Of a stretch of 64,000 bases of DNA, positions 50,373 to 62,567 are shown one piece after another. Below the pieces are notes generated by a model. It ran no database searches. It saw only the letters and a program-made list of their open reading frames with translations, and was not told where the DNA came from. The DNA is taken from positions 5,580,001 to 5,644,000 of the forward strand of contig CM060731.1 in the NCBI GenBank assembly GCA_030704615.1. The letters are read 5' to 3'. This DNA is from Takakia lepidozioides. Lineage: Eukaryota; Plantae; Bryophyta. Both the position numbers and the translations under genes were made by a program. Within the stretch, counting starts at the first letter, position 1, and each line of letters starts with the position of its first letter.

Positions 50373-51971
50373 ACTTCCCGTCGATACCGTAAACATCTCT
50401 TTCGAGGAAGACAGTGCCAATCTGGTACTCGAAACGTGTTGCTAGGAGATGTTTCTCCGCAATTGCAAAACCATCGTCATCGGCATCCTTCAAGAAATGG
50501 ACAGGTTTCTCGACAGAGTAAAACTCCGCTTCAGAGGAACCCATGCTGGTGCACGAGAAATTTTGAGCCACTGGAAGCCTCAAAGTGCATAGTCCCATGA
50601 CTTGTGTGTGGATTCTTGTTACAAACGACAGTGGGGATTACATTTCTACGTCGTTAGAGTTCGCACCGATACTAACGAGGCCATTCTGTCATCGTCTTCT
50701 ATGTCCCAAACCGTTAATATGGAAGGTTGAGCCTAAACCCAGATATTTGAAAAGCTGACATATCGTTAAAGAGTCTTCCAAAAACAGTTGTTAAGCAGTT
50801 ATGTGCCTGTACCGACCCAAGTGAAAAGATGGCGGAGACGAAAGTATTGGAATCCAATGTCATCCCAACTTGTTGAGGCACGTGGAACCCGACAATGCAA
50901 TATTGAGTGCAGGGTTGCAGAAAATTCGGCGGAGAACCAATGATACGTGGCATGTTGTGCCACATATGAAGATTTCGAACCGGGAAAAACCGGCAAAAGC
51001 TAGCCTAATAACTCATCCATCCAAATTGAATCTATCACCAAGCAATAGTACTACTAATGGCCATACCTAACTAGTTCAAGACGGCGGCCACTGCCGAAAA
51101 GACAAATGTGCCTTTGCGAGGTGGACACGTATGCCGTGAACACATGCATAACGAGATCGAGGCCCCGGCTGGTACTAATCGCACGACGTCTCGCAGCCTA
51201 GTAGTTCGTGATTTTCAAACTGGAGAGTAGCAGGAGACTGAGTTCCCAGCAAGAGAGTGGAAGGCGTAGAAGATAGTCTTCCTTTTCCACTTCAGCGAGA
51301 GACAAGAAGAAGGCGAGAGAGAGAATGAGAGGTCGCAAGCTCAACATGACGCTGAAGGAGATAACAGAGGAGAGCACGGCCCTAGAAACAGAGCACATGG
51401 CGGAGGAGGACCAGCCACGCGGAGAAGCTGGTGAACGAGGGGAGGAAACAACAACATAGGGCGACCCTGACGACATGGACACAGAGGAGCCCGACACCCT
51501 TTTGAGGAAAGGGAAGAAGGCTGTGCAGATGGGGAGGACGGCTGCTGTTGTAGCTCAAGCAGAGGCATCTGGGAGTGCTCCTCCTAAAGGACCGAAGGTG
51601 ATTCTCTCCTTTCTCTTGATTGTTGGCAGTGGAGAAGGCATGAAAATTGCGTTCAACACCCACGCAGTTTTTATGCCATCTTTACTTCTGTTTTCTGTGT
51701 CATCATTCTGTGTTAGCATTGTCGGATTTGTATGAGGGCTCATAGAAGTGTAGACGACAAAGAAAACAGGGTGCTCTCAATTCAGACATGTCCTTTTGCT
51801 GGACCTTTTATTCTGCACATAGTTGTCCACATTTTCTGAACCGCAGAGACCGAAGGATGAGAGAAGGGCAATGCGAGCATCCCCAAAAATTGCTTGTTCT
51901 CACACTGTCACACCCTGCGCACTTCTCTCACTGTATTATCAAGGGAGGTGAATGAAGGGGAGAAAGAGAAC

Positions 51972-52770
51972 CCCCTCAAAATTGAGTGCGTTGACGCACG
52001 CAATTTCTAAGGGTTCTCTCAATGCCATTCTCTCATCCTTCGGTCTCTGCTTTCCCTAATCTATGAAGAAAGGTCCGAGAAGTCTGAGCAGTGAGAGACG
52101 TCTTTCAAACTTCAAAAATTGAATGCGTTTACGGAGCTCTTTTATGAGTGAAGAAATTGGGTGCGTTGACGCACTCAGTTCTAGGCAGGAAAGGAGGGAG
52201 ATCCCAAATATATATATATATATTGGGATAAGTTATACGGGGAAATAAACTCAAACCACCACGGTGGTAATGACAAGAAATTCTGGTTGGCCCTTCAACA
52301 TCTGTACAAGCCGAAAAATTGTCAGCAAGTACAAGCACTGAGGACCCCTGTGGTGACTTCAACGGCTGACATTGTCAACACCTTTGAAACCCACTACAGT
52401 ACACTTGGCAGAAATTCTAGTTCTAGCAGCGAGGGGTTTTTTGAAGAATGGAATGACACAGTAGAAAGAACTGTGTCTATGATTCAAGACAGCCCTGATG
52501 AACTGGAGTATATTTCAAGGGTTATAATGCTCCCATTAGTTCCTCTGAGATTGCGGAAGCAATTGAGCATCTAAACAGATACAAAGCTGGTGGCCCTGAT
52601 GGCATTGTCAATGAGCTTATCAAGCATGGTGGTGACCCTATAATAGAGGCCCTTGTTCTTCTCTTTAACCTTATACGGAGGACTGAAATTACCCCCTTTC
52701 GCTGGCGGCAGGGGGTCATTGTCAATTTATATAAGAAAGGTGACAGAGAAGAGCCGGGTAACTATCGGGG

Positions 52771-52810
<40 letters not shown>

Positions 52811-53293
52811 CACTTGTGGCCCTCCAAAATTGAGTGCGTTGACGCACACAGTTTCAGAGGGCCACAAACGCCGCTGTGGTTCGTCCCCCTTGAGTCATGC
52901 TTTTGGTTTTGGAGGGTAGTTCATGTTTGCTGCTTGTCTAGACACGCTTACTTCCATTGGGCAAATCAAAACCCTTCACAACTGAGTGCGTTGACGCGCT
53001 CAATTTCAGAGGGTCTGGTACCTGATGTTTTGTCTGTCCTTCCATTGAGATTAGCTTCCGGTTTTGGGGTGGGGGGGGGATTCCTCTTTTGGTGACTGTA
53101 TGGACATGCCTGTTGGCAGCCAAGAATGGTGGAACGGTGTCAACAGCTTATACTTGACGAAGGGGGACTGTTCGGGACAAATGGTAATCCTCCACTCCGA
53201 TAAAGGGTAGCCTTCTTCTCTTGTCTGCTTCATTTCATTTTTCTGTTCACCCATCCAGAATTGAGTACATCAACGCACTCAATTTTGAAGGGG
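51972..53293. mobile_element. TIR element (MITE-like) with palindromic GTGCGTTGACGCAC repeats
   Basis: ~35-bp TIR CCCC(T)TCAAAATTGAGTGCGTTGA at both ends; motif repeated internally at ~52160, 52830, 52985. Confidence 0.65.
52223..52774 (+). mobile_element. Internal LINE RT fragment (APE-type clade) flanked by (TA)n
   Basis: EIAEAIEHLNRYKAGGPDGIVNELIKHGG..LFNLI..WRQGVIVNLYKKGDREEPGNYRGI; TA microsatellites at 52209-52222 and 52775-52808. Confidence 0.85.
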
Positions 53294-53364
53294 TGAAGTT
53301 GCACTGTTCTTTTGCCCTTGTGTGTGCATTCGCTCATTTATGCTTCATGTTGTCTTCAATGCAG

Positions 53365-53880
53365 ACCCGCCTTTTTGAAGCCATCTGTCTCGTCAGGGTG
53401 CACCCTTCTTCGACTCTTGCTGCAGTGAAGGAGTTCAGGCTTCATGGGAGAGGTTGTTTCATGAACAATTACGTGGATTCGAATGTCTGTTTGAGAAAGT
53501 CGAATGGAACACCATGGAGAGGGGCCAAGGAGAAGAGTCCAACTTTATTCAAACTGTTATTGAGACACGTTCCCATCCGGGGGCGTGCATCATCGACCTG
53601 ACTCTTGGAACAAGTTTGACATCTCTCCTTCTGTGGTCTTTTTTCCCTTAATACACAATTTGTAACATCTTAGTAACACAACTGTGTCTTGCAGGAGCTT
53701 TGTACCATGCTTGCAAGATAGCGGGCCGGCATTTGTTGGGTATGGAAGGGGATGCAGCCATTTTTACTGAGCCTCCAAGAGTTGCAAGGGCCAATGCCTG
53801 CCGCCAAAGTGCAGGAGGCTGTAGTGCATGTCGATATCAATGAGGGAGACGACAATGACCTCGACGACGATTTCACGTGA
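53365..53880 (+). pseudogene. Beta-class N4C/N6A DNA methyltransferase-like C-terminal domain (2 exons, frameshifted)
   Basis: With one frameshift and an intron at ~53614-53694: PWRGAKEKS.NFIQTVIETRSHPGACIIDLTLGT|xALYHACKIAGRHLLGMEGDAAIF, compared with the N6_N4_Mtase pattern K...L...I...S.PG..VLD.F.GSG....A...GR...G.E.D. Confidence 0.7.
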
Positions 53881-55119
53881 GTAAGTTTGTTTTGCGTTCG
53901 CTTCCCAGTTATAGCATGTGCCCCCCCCACCCCTATGCCTTTCACATTAGCTAATGCAATACATGTAATTTGGGTGGCAGGATATTGGAAGCTATTCCTT
54001 TGCACGACGTCTCTGTTCATGCTCAGCCTCATATGCTCAAGGGCAACACACAAATGCCTAACATTGGTTATGGGTCAAACAAGAAGACAAAGCATGTGCT
54101 GCCTAGTGGTTTCGTCAATTTTTGGTGCACAATGTGAAAGACCTAGAACTCCTCCTCATGCACAACCGGTAGCCAAATTCATCTTCTAATATGTTGTTAC
54201 AACTAATGGGTATGCTTACAACTAATGAATAAGCTTGAAAATTTCAGTGCTCAGATTGTACCTCACTGGCAAGGCGACTAGGTCGCATTTTTAGTCCAGT
54301 GCCAGTTTAAGGTGGTGATCTGGTGTGTTGCAGGAAGTATGGTGCTGAAATGGCTCACAATGTATCGACATTGAAGAGGAAAACAAAAGTGGAGCATGCT
54401 GCACAGTGGAATGTTGCAGTAACCAATGGGAGAAAATAAAAAAATCAAAGATTTGTCTCACATCTACTGTGTTGTCTTATTCTACGTTACTTTCATCAGT
54501 CTACCTTTCCCCAAATGGCAGACATCATGGATTAAATCTTATCATGTGCTTCATGAGGGATTTTCTCCAATTTGTGATGTTTGTGCAAACGACATTGATT
54601 GTTGTGCTTGGTTTAGATAAATGTTAGAATGACATCCTCATTCAACATTCATCCACTCTCATACATCCACATTCATCCACAATTTTTCATCCATATTCAT
54701 CCATATTCGGAGCGTGCTGACTCTCATTCATCCTCATTAATTCATCCACAACCATTCTTCTATATTCAGTCTCTGCAAACACAGTCATTCAACAACATTC
54801 AGTATAAGCTCTCTTCTGCATTTTGCCTCGTCGCCCACATATGGTTCCCTATGTGCCGAATGCGCAAGTCCGCGGCTATAGGCACCCTTCTGCCTATTCG
54901 GTCCACGGTTATAGGTCCGTATCTATGGAAATGACGTGGCTTCACGTGACGTGGCGTCAACCACGCTGGCAAGGTCTGCTGACGTGGTGTCAGACCCGTG
55001 AGCCAACGTGACAATAATTGATGACATGGCGTGAGCCTGGCACATGCTCACGCTCACACAGAAGCATCCCCCCCATTTCACCTCCTCTAACCGCTGTTGT
55101 GTGGCCATAAAGGTTATAA

Positions 55120-56400
55120 ACATGGATGACCCACTCTACGATGTTCTCCTCCAAAGGTGCAAAGTCGGTACCCACTTAAGTGGCATATCCAAGCTACTGA
55201 TGAGGCAAGTAAACTATCACATATCTACCCACTGGGAAAGTGAAGGGCGTATACTCAAAGTTGATGCTTTGGAAGGCCTATCTATTGTGGAAGTCCCTCC
55301 TAGGTCCGTTGTTCCTACCTTGCTTGAGGTGTATCATGCATCTTCCTTTGCTGGTTATTTGGGGGTTACAAAAACAGTCAAGAGACTACAAAAGCAATAC
55401 CACTGGAAGGGCTTAGTAAAGGATATATCAGCTTTCATTGCCAGATGCGTACCATGTCATGCCAAAACCATACTGCCTAGAACCGAAGCTCCACTGCCTT
55501 TACAGCCAATCCGTGTTCTAGAGCCTTTTGCAAGGGTTGGCTTAGATCTAGTTGGACCCCTCAAACCTACATCCAAGGGCCATGCATACAATGTTGTAGC
55601 TACGGATTACCTGACGAAATGGGTTGAGCTTCGACCTCTAGTTGCTAAAGACAGTGATGAAGTGGTGCAATTATTCTTTGATAAGGTGATTCTTCACCAT
55701 GGGTGCCCTCTTGAGATCCTCACGGATCAAGGTATCGAATTCTACAATCAACTCATGGAGATTGTTTTGTTTAATTTAAATACTAAGCATGTTGTGACTG
55801 CTCCCTACAACCCCCAATGCAATGGCTTGACCGAGCACTTTAACCAAACCATGTGTAGGATGCTGGAGAAAAATGGGACCCTTATCGATGAGTGGAACAT
55901 TGTCATTCCTATTTTTTTGTTTGCCTACCGTACTTCCATTCATGCTAGTACCAAGATATATCTCCATTTGAGTTATTATATGGTAGAAAATGTCGTAGCC
56001 CTTTGCATAATTCCTGGCTGCAAATTTCTGCTACAGAGCCTGAAAACTGGAAAGAATTTATGCTCTCCATGGATGCCAAACGGCATCAATTGCATGAAAC
56101 TGCTAAGTCTAATATTCGTTTAGCTCAAGCCTCCCAGGCCAAGCATTACAATTGCAAGGTAGTGTATTCCGAATCATTCAAAGTTGGGCAATCTGTTTGT
56201 GTGCGACTTCAGGCTGGTAGGCAGATTTCTAAGGCTAAGAGAAGAATTGATGGGCCCTATCTTATTCGTGAGATCTTGCCAGATAAGAAGTATGTACTGC
56301 TCCCTCAACATGCATCTACTCCCAATCTTGCTAGCTCAGTTCATGTTTCTTTGTTGGTGTCATGTACTCTCACCTTTGGCTTGATTTGTCTGAACGTTGA
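55120..56400 (+). pseudogene. Gypsy integrase
   Basis: H..SFAGYLG..C..C zinc-binding region, GLDLVGPL, ATDYLTKWVE, ILTDQG.EF, TAPYNPQCNGLTE, GPY motif; frameshift at ~55950. Confidence 0.92.
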
Positions 56401-56475
56401 GAACAGGCAGGTGATCTACACACCTTCCCAAATTTCTCTTTCTTGTGCGCAGGCTGTAGATTCAGAGCCTTAGAT

Positions 56476-57630
56476 CACTACAGCAAATAGCAGAGGTTTG
56501 TGACGTCAGCCGTACCCCCACGCCCCGCGCGGCGCTGAGACCGCGACGCCAAGCCCGCGACATTTTTTTGCGACGCCCCGGTGTTGCAATCCCCCGCTAC
56601 GACACCATTGCGACGCCCAATCGTCGCAAGGTGCCATGAAGGGGGAAAGAGGGCCCTCGCTGCGACGGATTTTTTTTCTTGCGATGCCCCGGCGTCGCAA
56701 ATCCAATAAATAAATAAATAAAAATTGGATGTTGCGACGCCGAGCGTCATTGAGGGCGCCCCAACGCCTCTGCGACGTCAGGGCGTCGCAACAACATCAC
56801 CACAGTGGGAGTTTGTTTTTTTTTTTTTTTTGGGCTTTGCGGCTTTCAACTTCACAAAAGCGTCGTTGGGGGCGCCCCGTGCTGGGGCGCCCAACGCTGC
56901 GACGCCAGGGGGTCGCCACAGGGGGTCGCAATGGTGTTGTAGTCAGCTTAGGTCATCACAAGGACGTCGCTTGGGGCACCTGGCGGTGGGGGGTTGCAAC
57001 AATGGCGACGACGCTGGGGCTGGGGTTAGGGTTAGGCACTAAGGCTGTGGAGGTTGCAACTCCCTGACGTCACAAGAGGGACTCCCTTAGAAGGAACTTG
57101 AAGGAAATCTTCATGTATATATATATATATATATTGCTTTTGTGATACATAGATGTAGCGTAGGTGTGTTGGTTAGTCTGTAGTGTCTTAGAAATGTTAT
57201 AACGTGGAGGTCTTAAGTTCAAGTATGCATTGTATGATATATGTAGAACAATGAACATATCGCCATTAGACAGAACCGGAGTCAATGGTCAACAAGTTTT
57301 TGAAATTCAAATTTTCCCGCCTAAATTCAAATGTACCCCTTCTTGACGTCGCATTTTGCGACCCCCGGACGGTGCTAATTCTGCATTGCAGAATAGGGGT
57401 TTTTTTTTTTTTGACGTCCGGGCGTCGCAAATCACGGTTTCGCCTATTTGCGACCCCCATTGGTCGTAAATTTGCGACGTTTTTTTGGCGACACCTTTGC
57501 AATGGGGCTTGCGACGTCCGGGCGTCGCAAATTTGGTTTTCCCCTCTGCCCAAAAAAGGTTGTTTTATGACGCCGTGGCGTGGCTGCAGTATGGCCGCGG
57601 TGTTGAAAATCCCCCCCTTTTCTTGTAGTG
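56476..57630. mobile_element. Non-autonomous CACTA element, related to 2841-4111
   Basis: CACTACA...TGTAGTG termini, 3-bp TSD GAT, TGCGACG subterminal repeats; 57110-57370 is homologous to 3505-3820. Confidence 0.93.
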
Positions 57631-57865
57631 GATAGACATCTCTTTTTCTTTCGTGATAGCATTGGCATCACCTTGTAACATATTTGGGGTTTTTCTAATC
57701 TTTTGTCCTTCGCCCACCTTACAGGGCAAGGTTTTGTTCACTTGGTTCGTTCATCCTTTGCATGATCGGGTGCCTAGTTTTGTCTAGTTTTTGCTATAGT
57801 TCCCTTCCTGTTATTTCTCAGCTCGCAGGAGCTCGCTTGTTTACTGGGGCAGCATGCCGCACATA

Positions 57866-58395
57866 TGTGAAGCCTCGATTCCTACCACCTGTTTTTTGGA
57901 TTGGATGGATAGAATATGACTGTGTTTGGATGAACTGTTGTTGTGGATGAAGACCGGATGTGGCGGGGCTGACCGTTACGTAAGATCAGCTGGCGCAGTT
58001 GGGTCTCATTAAATTAGGGTTGTCTGTAATTAACAGCTAGTTTAGGATTAGGATAGATGAATTGACGTCTTTGAGTGGTCTTGCTAGGAAGACATCTGGA
58101 TGACCAATGTAAAGAGCCCATGTCGTTCGTATTAGATTACGTTTCTAATACTACTTAAGCATGTGATCAGAGGCAAAGAGGGTGGTGGATTTGATCTCAA
58201 GTGGTCTACGGTGTACTTGTGTTGCAACTTGAGTGTGCATGATCTGCTGGATGAAAGTGTCTTGGCAAGTGTGAACGGTTGTGTCAGATTCCATCCTATC
58301 TAACAAGTCCCTGTCCTACTGCGCTACAACCCTCTTGTTGGTAATTCCCGGATAGAAAGGGGAATATATCCCCAGCCCCGGAATCTTGCCTCCCA
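57866..58395 (+). repeat. 3' LTR
   Basis: TGTGAAG...GGAATCTTGCCTCCCA, followed by ACCA. Confidence 0.88.
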
Positions 58396-59686
58396 ACCAC
58401 GTGGTGAGAATAACAAGATGGCAGAGTTAGGAAAGTGGTTATATAACAGCCTGCTATTCAACAATTAGCACTTTCTCCCAGGTTTTTCGATTTCTTACCC
58501 CTACATAATTCCTTTCTACAAGTAGCTGGCCCATTTTCCAGGTCGAAATCAAGCAATTTTTTGCTAGAAAAACAATGATGATAACATTGCCTTACTTAAA
58601 TACATAACAACGAAGGAAGGGCATACTTGGAATGTGCCCAACTATTGTAATTATTTGACCAATATCCATTCCCTTGTGGCAAACAGTCGATTGAGGTGAA
58701 TTCCCTTTGAAATAAGACAAACAAATGCATAGAATATATGCACGCCCTGACCTGTTATAATTATACATGGATTGTGAAATGATTAACATAATGTGAGAGA
58801 AAGAAAAATGCAAGATAAACCTCTTGCTCCAACTCTTCAAATCAAAAACTCATTAACCCTCAAGCGCCCACGAGGTCGAAAATGTGCCTCCTCGGTTGGC
58901 AGCAACCCAACCGCGTGAGGCCACTCTCACAGTCGTTGTTCATAGGCTCATACTTGGGCTCTATTTTGGGAGTGCAAGCTCATGATTAGCGAATCGAAAG
59001 TCCAATATTTTGACAGATGTTCCAAATAAGACCCTATTCATGTGGACCAATTATACATGTATGACCCTATTTACATTGATTTGTTAGCAATGGAACAATT
59101 GTACAAAACAGGGCTGGGCCGGTGCTAAGTCACTTGTGCATTGGCCTAAGGGTCTGGGGTTCAAACCCCTGTCATCCGTCTCTCTACTTGAATATATGAT
59201 GTGACCCCATATTTTGTCCCCTTGAAGAGTTTTACTTGGTTGGATATGAACACGAGGTCTATCCTATTACTCTTCCTAGTGATGGAGAAGATGAAGATAC
59301 CCCTCACATCAATGAATGAGTCTCTAGATGCATGCTCGTATTTACATATTATTGTGTTTTCAATCCTAAGCTTTCGTGTCTCACGAGTGATTACGGAAGA
59401 TTCCATGGGTTTCGAAATCTTTTGAAGTACACATGGAACAACCATAATATGATCACTGATGCTAGTTCACTAATAAATTATTTATTTAAAATAAAATGCA
59501 ATCAAAGATTTTTTTTTTTTAAATTGCCATTCTTTCCTGTAAGTATGCGTGGACAAATTGCAAAAGTAATTCCGATTGAACTCTTCTTCTTAATGATGAT
59601 AAGACAATATGAGTAAGGTTGTTCAACGCTTGTGTCTTTTTACACTGGATACGAAGAAATTAGAATTGGATACCCTAATATGGTGG

Positions 59687-62567
59687 TTACTCTTGAAGCT
59701 TGATAAACATATGTTTAAGAAGTCGAGCTTCTTGAGAGACAGTAGGGGTTCCTAAGCTAGTGGCCGATCCACAAAATGGTTCAGACATGCCATTGTAGAA
59801 GGCCGCATTATTGGTAACATTGGCAACTTGTGTGGTAATGCTCTTGCCGTGCAATTCTGCTGCATCCAAAAACTCGTCGATGTCTGCAAATGTTGCATCT
59901 TTTAGCTGCATTTAATACAATGTCCAAGAATCATGAAGTGAAGATTGTCAACCATCCATTGTAAACTTGACAAAAGTACTTTGTAGGATATGAAGATGTT
60001 TGTAGTTCCACAAATATATAAGCCCAATATTTTTACCATCAGTTGATCCAAGGGTCATGTTGACATTGGAAGAGGCTTGTGTGCATTGAGGCAATATCTT
60101 ACCACAATCATTTGCTTAGCAAGGTTGTCGATAAGAGCCAGAAAACAACGTTTGGCATAGAACCAAGTGTCAGTCTCAATCTTTTTGTCATAAGGTTCCA
60201 AACTTTTGATAATGCGGCTAATTCCAAACTCAAAATTTTGTTTGGCACAATAGAGCGTGCCTATCACCAAATTCACAATGCACAAGTGCAAGTTCTGCTT
60301 TGTTGGATCCTGCCCCACCATTCTCCATCATACCACCATGCCTAAAAATCTATATAATCCACAATTTTCAAATTCTCCATTTTGAAGGTCAATTAAAATA
60401 GTCATAAATATATGAATAATGGTGTATAGATGTGTAATGGTGTGCTAAGTCATTTCCAATCTTATCATCGTTTTAATCCAATAGCCAACACTTGCAGTCA
60501 ATCTATAGCTAGTTGATCTATAACAATAGAACTAGGTTTAAAACATATGGGATGGTTTAATGACACATTAATGAAATAGATATCAAACTCACATCATACT
60601 GAGCTCTTTCTTCTTCCTTTTCAATTTTACGCATTAGATCTTCAGCCTCTTCGTTCTGCACATAACAAATTACTATCCGATAAGGAGTGTGTACAAATTG
60701 CCACTCGAACACCACATATGTTAAAATAAAGAATTGTGGGAAATTAGATACGGTGAGCTAATTCATATCTAGCTTCGATGGAGGAGTCATATTATAGAAT
60801 ACGATGGAGATAGTAAAAAAAATGTATTCATGAGGCTTGCTTGAAATCCACCGTATGTCAATTCCTAAGAGTGTAGGTTTGGGCTGAACACATAAGTTAC
60901 CTCTACCAATTTAACCGTTAAACCCTCAAAGAAAAGAATAGATAATGAACTAAAGACGATGATGAGTACCCGACTGGTCATGATGTATGAAACGCAAAGA
61001 TTGGCTAGTACAATAGCTGTCACCGTGAGTACACGATCGCCCACTTTTTTCAAAATTGGCTCATAGTAATGGATGGCCTCTTTGTACCTGTTATCCTGCA
61101 GCCTTATCTCATTGTCCATACCAATAAACATATTGATGGCCACAACATAAGAAAAATAAAACTTAGAATCTGGATCATGCGAGTTTTGATGACACCAGTG
61201 GGGTCCATGAAAGTTCATATGGACTGAATATTAATAAGAAATTTGACAAATTGTCGACACATATTATTAGTGGATGAGTTTGACTTTCCGCTTGGCATAT
61301 TGATACTTGTGCAAACAATCAATCTAAAAGGTCACATCATTTAGTTTAGACATAAAAACTAAAAGAGTAAGGTGGATCATTGAGCCCAATGTGGGCGGTA
61401 AGCCTGCGAAAAATAGCTGAAAATGTGCGTAATAGGGTGGGGAAGACAAGAATAGTGAGGCAGAGCCGAGGGGTGGTGGTACAGAGGGTGCATAGCGAGA
61501 GAGAAGCGAGCTGGAGAGCTATGGTGGCGGACATCTCTAATGTCGGTAACCTTGACTAGGGTGGCAGGGCCGCCAAAGGAGGTCAGGGTGAGGACTAAGA
61601 TGAGAAGGAAATTTAGCGGAGGTCCTAAATTAGTAGGTAGCAGAGAGGATAGCCGAGAGGCACTTAGGAGGGCGGCGCTCCGCCCTCCCATCGCGAAAAA
61701 ACATTCAAAGGTTTATATGACCCCCAACCCCTGCCTAATTATTACTACTTCCAAAATAATGTTGAATGTATGGGCGCACTAAGGCTTAAGAAAGCATAGA
61801 AAGAACGTGTCTCAAGTACTTATATATCAGGTTTTATTGTTTTCATTGTTTAGACCATCTCCTTGTAAAACCAAACAAACCTGCATAAAGAAGGTGTGTG
61901 CGACATTCAATTTCCACAAATCATGTTCAGAACATAGGTCAGCTGATTGGTGGAAGATGCGTTCCACCTGCATATAATTCTCCTTGTCCCACCATATCTT
62001 GGCCATGGCCATTAACACAGGAATGTAGCTCTGGTTTCCTCACAAAAGTGCACCCCCCATCACAATGAACCACATATCAATCAAGCACATGTAAGGTATT
62101 ATTACATAGACTTGGTGGCTATAATTTGGCTTGAATATTACCTCTAAAATGCTTAAGCAATTGTTTTACTTATATCTCTTGATACATTGGATATCTTTCC
62201 ACTCTCAAGGAATGATGATTAGAGGACATACTTGCCAAATTTTCATAGCTTTTCGAGGAAGTGGTGGACGTAGCTTTTTAGTTTCACTTTTTATAACATG
62301 ATGTGAAAGAAAAAAAAATGCATCTTATTTGCAGTTGGAACCACTTAGGGTAAGATTCTATTTATGATTGAGGGCTTATAGTACAAACTATAGCAACCAA
62401 CGATAGACCAGTTGAGGTCTACCTCAAGCGCTGCCTCATATTGAGAAACCGCATTTTTATGTGTTTCTTGCTCTCGAGAAATGCGAGCATCCTGAATATG
62501 TTTAGTCAAACGTCGCAACACTTCCCCATGTCGATTTGTCAAACCATTAAACTTTTGGTATGCTTCC
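59687..62567 (-). CDS. IFT70: Intraflagellar transport protein 70 / TTC30 (fleer), 3' six exons; 5' part lies beyond the window
   Basis: Exons ~62567-62423, 62030-61882, 61096-60970, 60655-60593, 60309-60103, 59906-59687. YIPVLMAMAKIWWDKENY, WKLNVAHTFFMQ, AIVLANLCVSYIMTS.NEEAE.LMRKIEKEEE, HLCIVNLVIGTLYCAK.NFEFGISRIIKSLEPY, DTWFYAKRCFL. Confidence 0.93.

Larger units (their letters stand above)
48571..55119. mobile_element. Unclassified DNA transposon bounded by TTATAA, encoding a SWIM protein (-) and an amino-methyltransferase-like protein (+), internally deleted
   Basis: TTATAA at both ends, imperfect TIR (TTATAAC.T.AT.G.C), mirrored subterminal CGTGAGCG/GACGTGGC/CCTATAGCCG motifs. Removing it with one TTATAA left gives the Gypsy pol frame AVLINMDDPLYDVLL. 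Confidence 0.8.
46227..58395 (+). mobile_element. Ty3/Gypsy LTR retrotransposon (defective; PR/RT missing) with nested insertions
   Basis: LTRs 46227-46747 and 57866-58395; PBS TGGTGGAGATGGGGGG (tRNA-Ala-like) at 46748; TSD ACTA/ACCA; RNase H (47810-48245) upstream of integrase (55120-56400), the Gypsy order. Confidence 0.92.

Noticed and set aside
58447-58576. Second hAT-like MITE resembling 41332-41607
   Set aside because: Termini degenerate and the TSD does not match
61340-61700. Possible LINE 3' fragment in an IFT70 intron
   Set aside because: Composition is suggestive but no clear motif, tail or TSD
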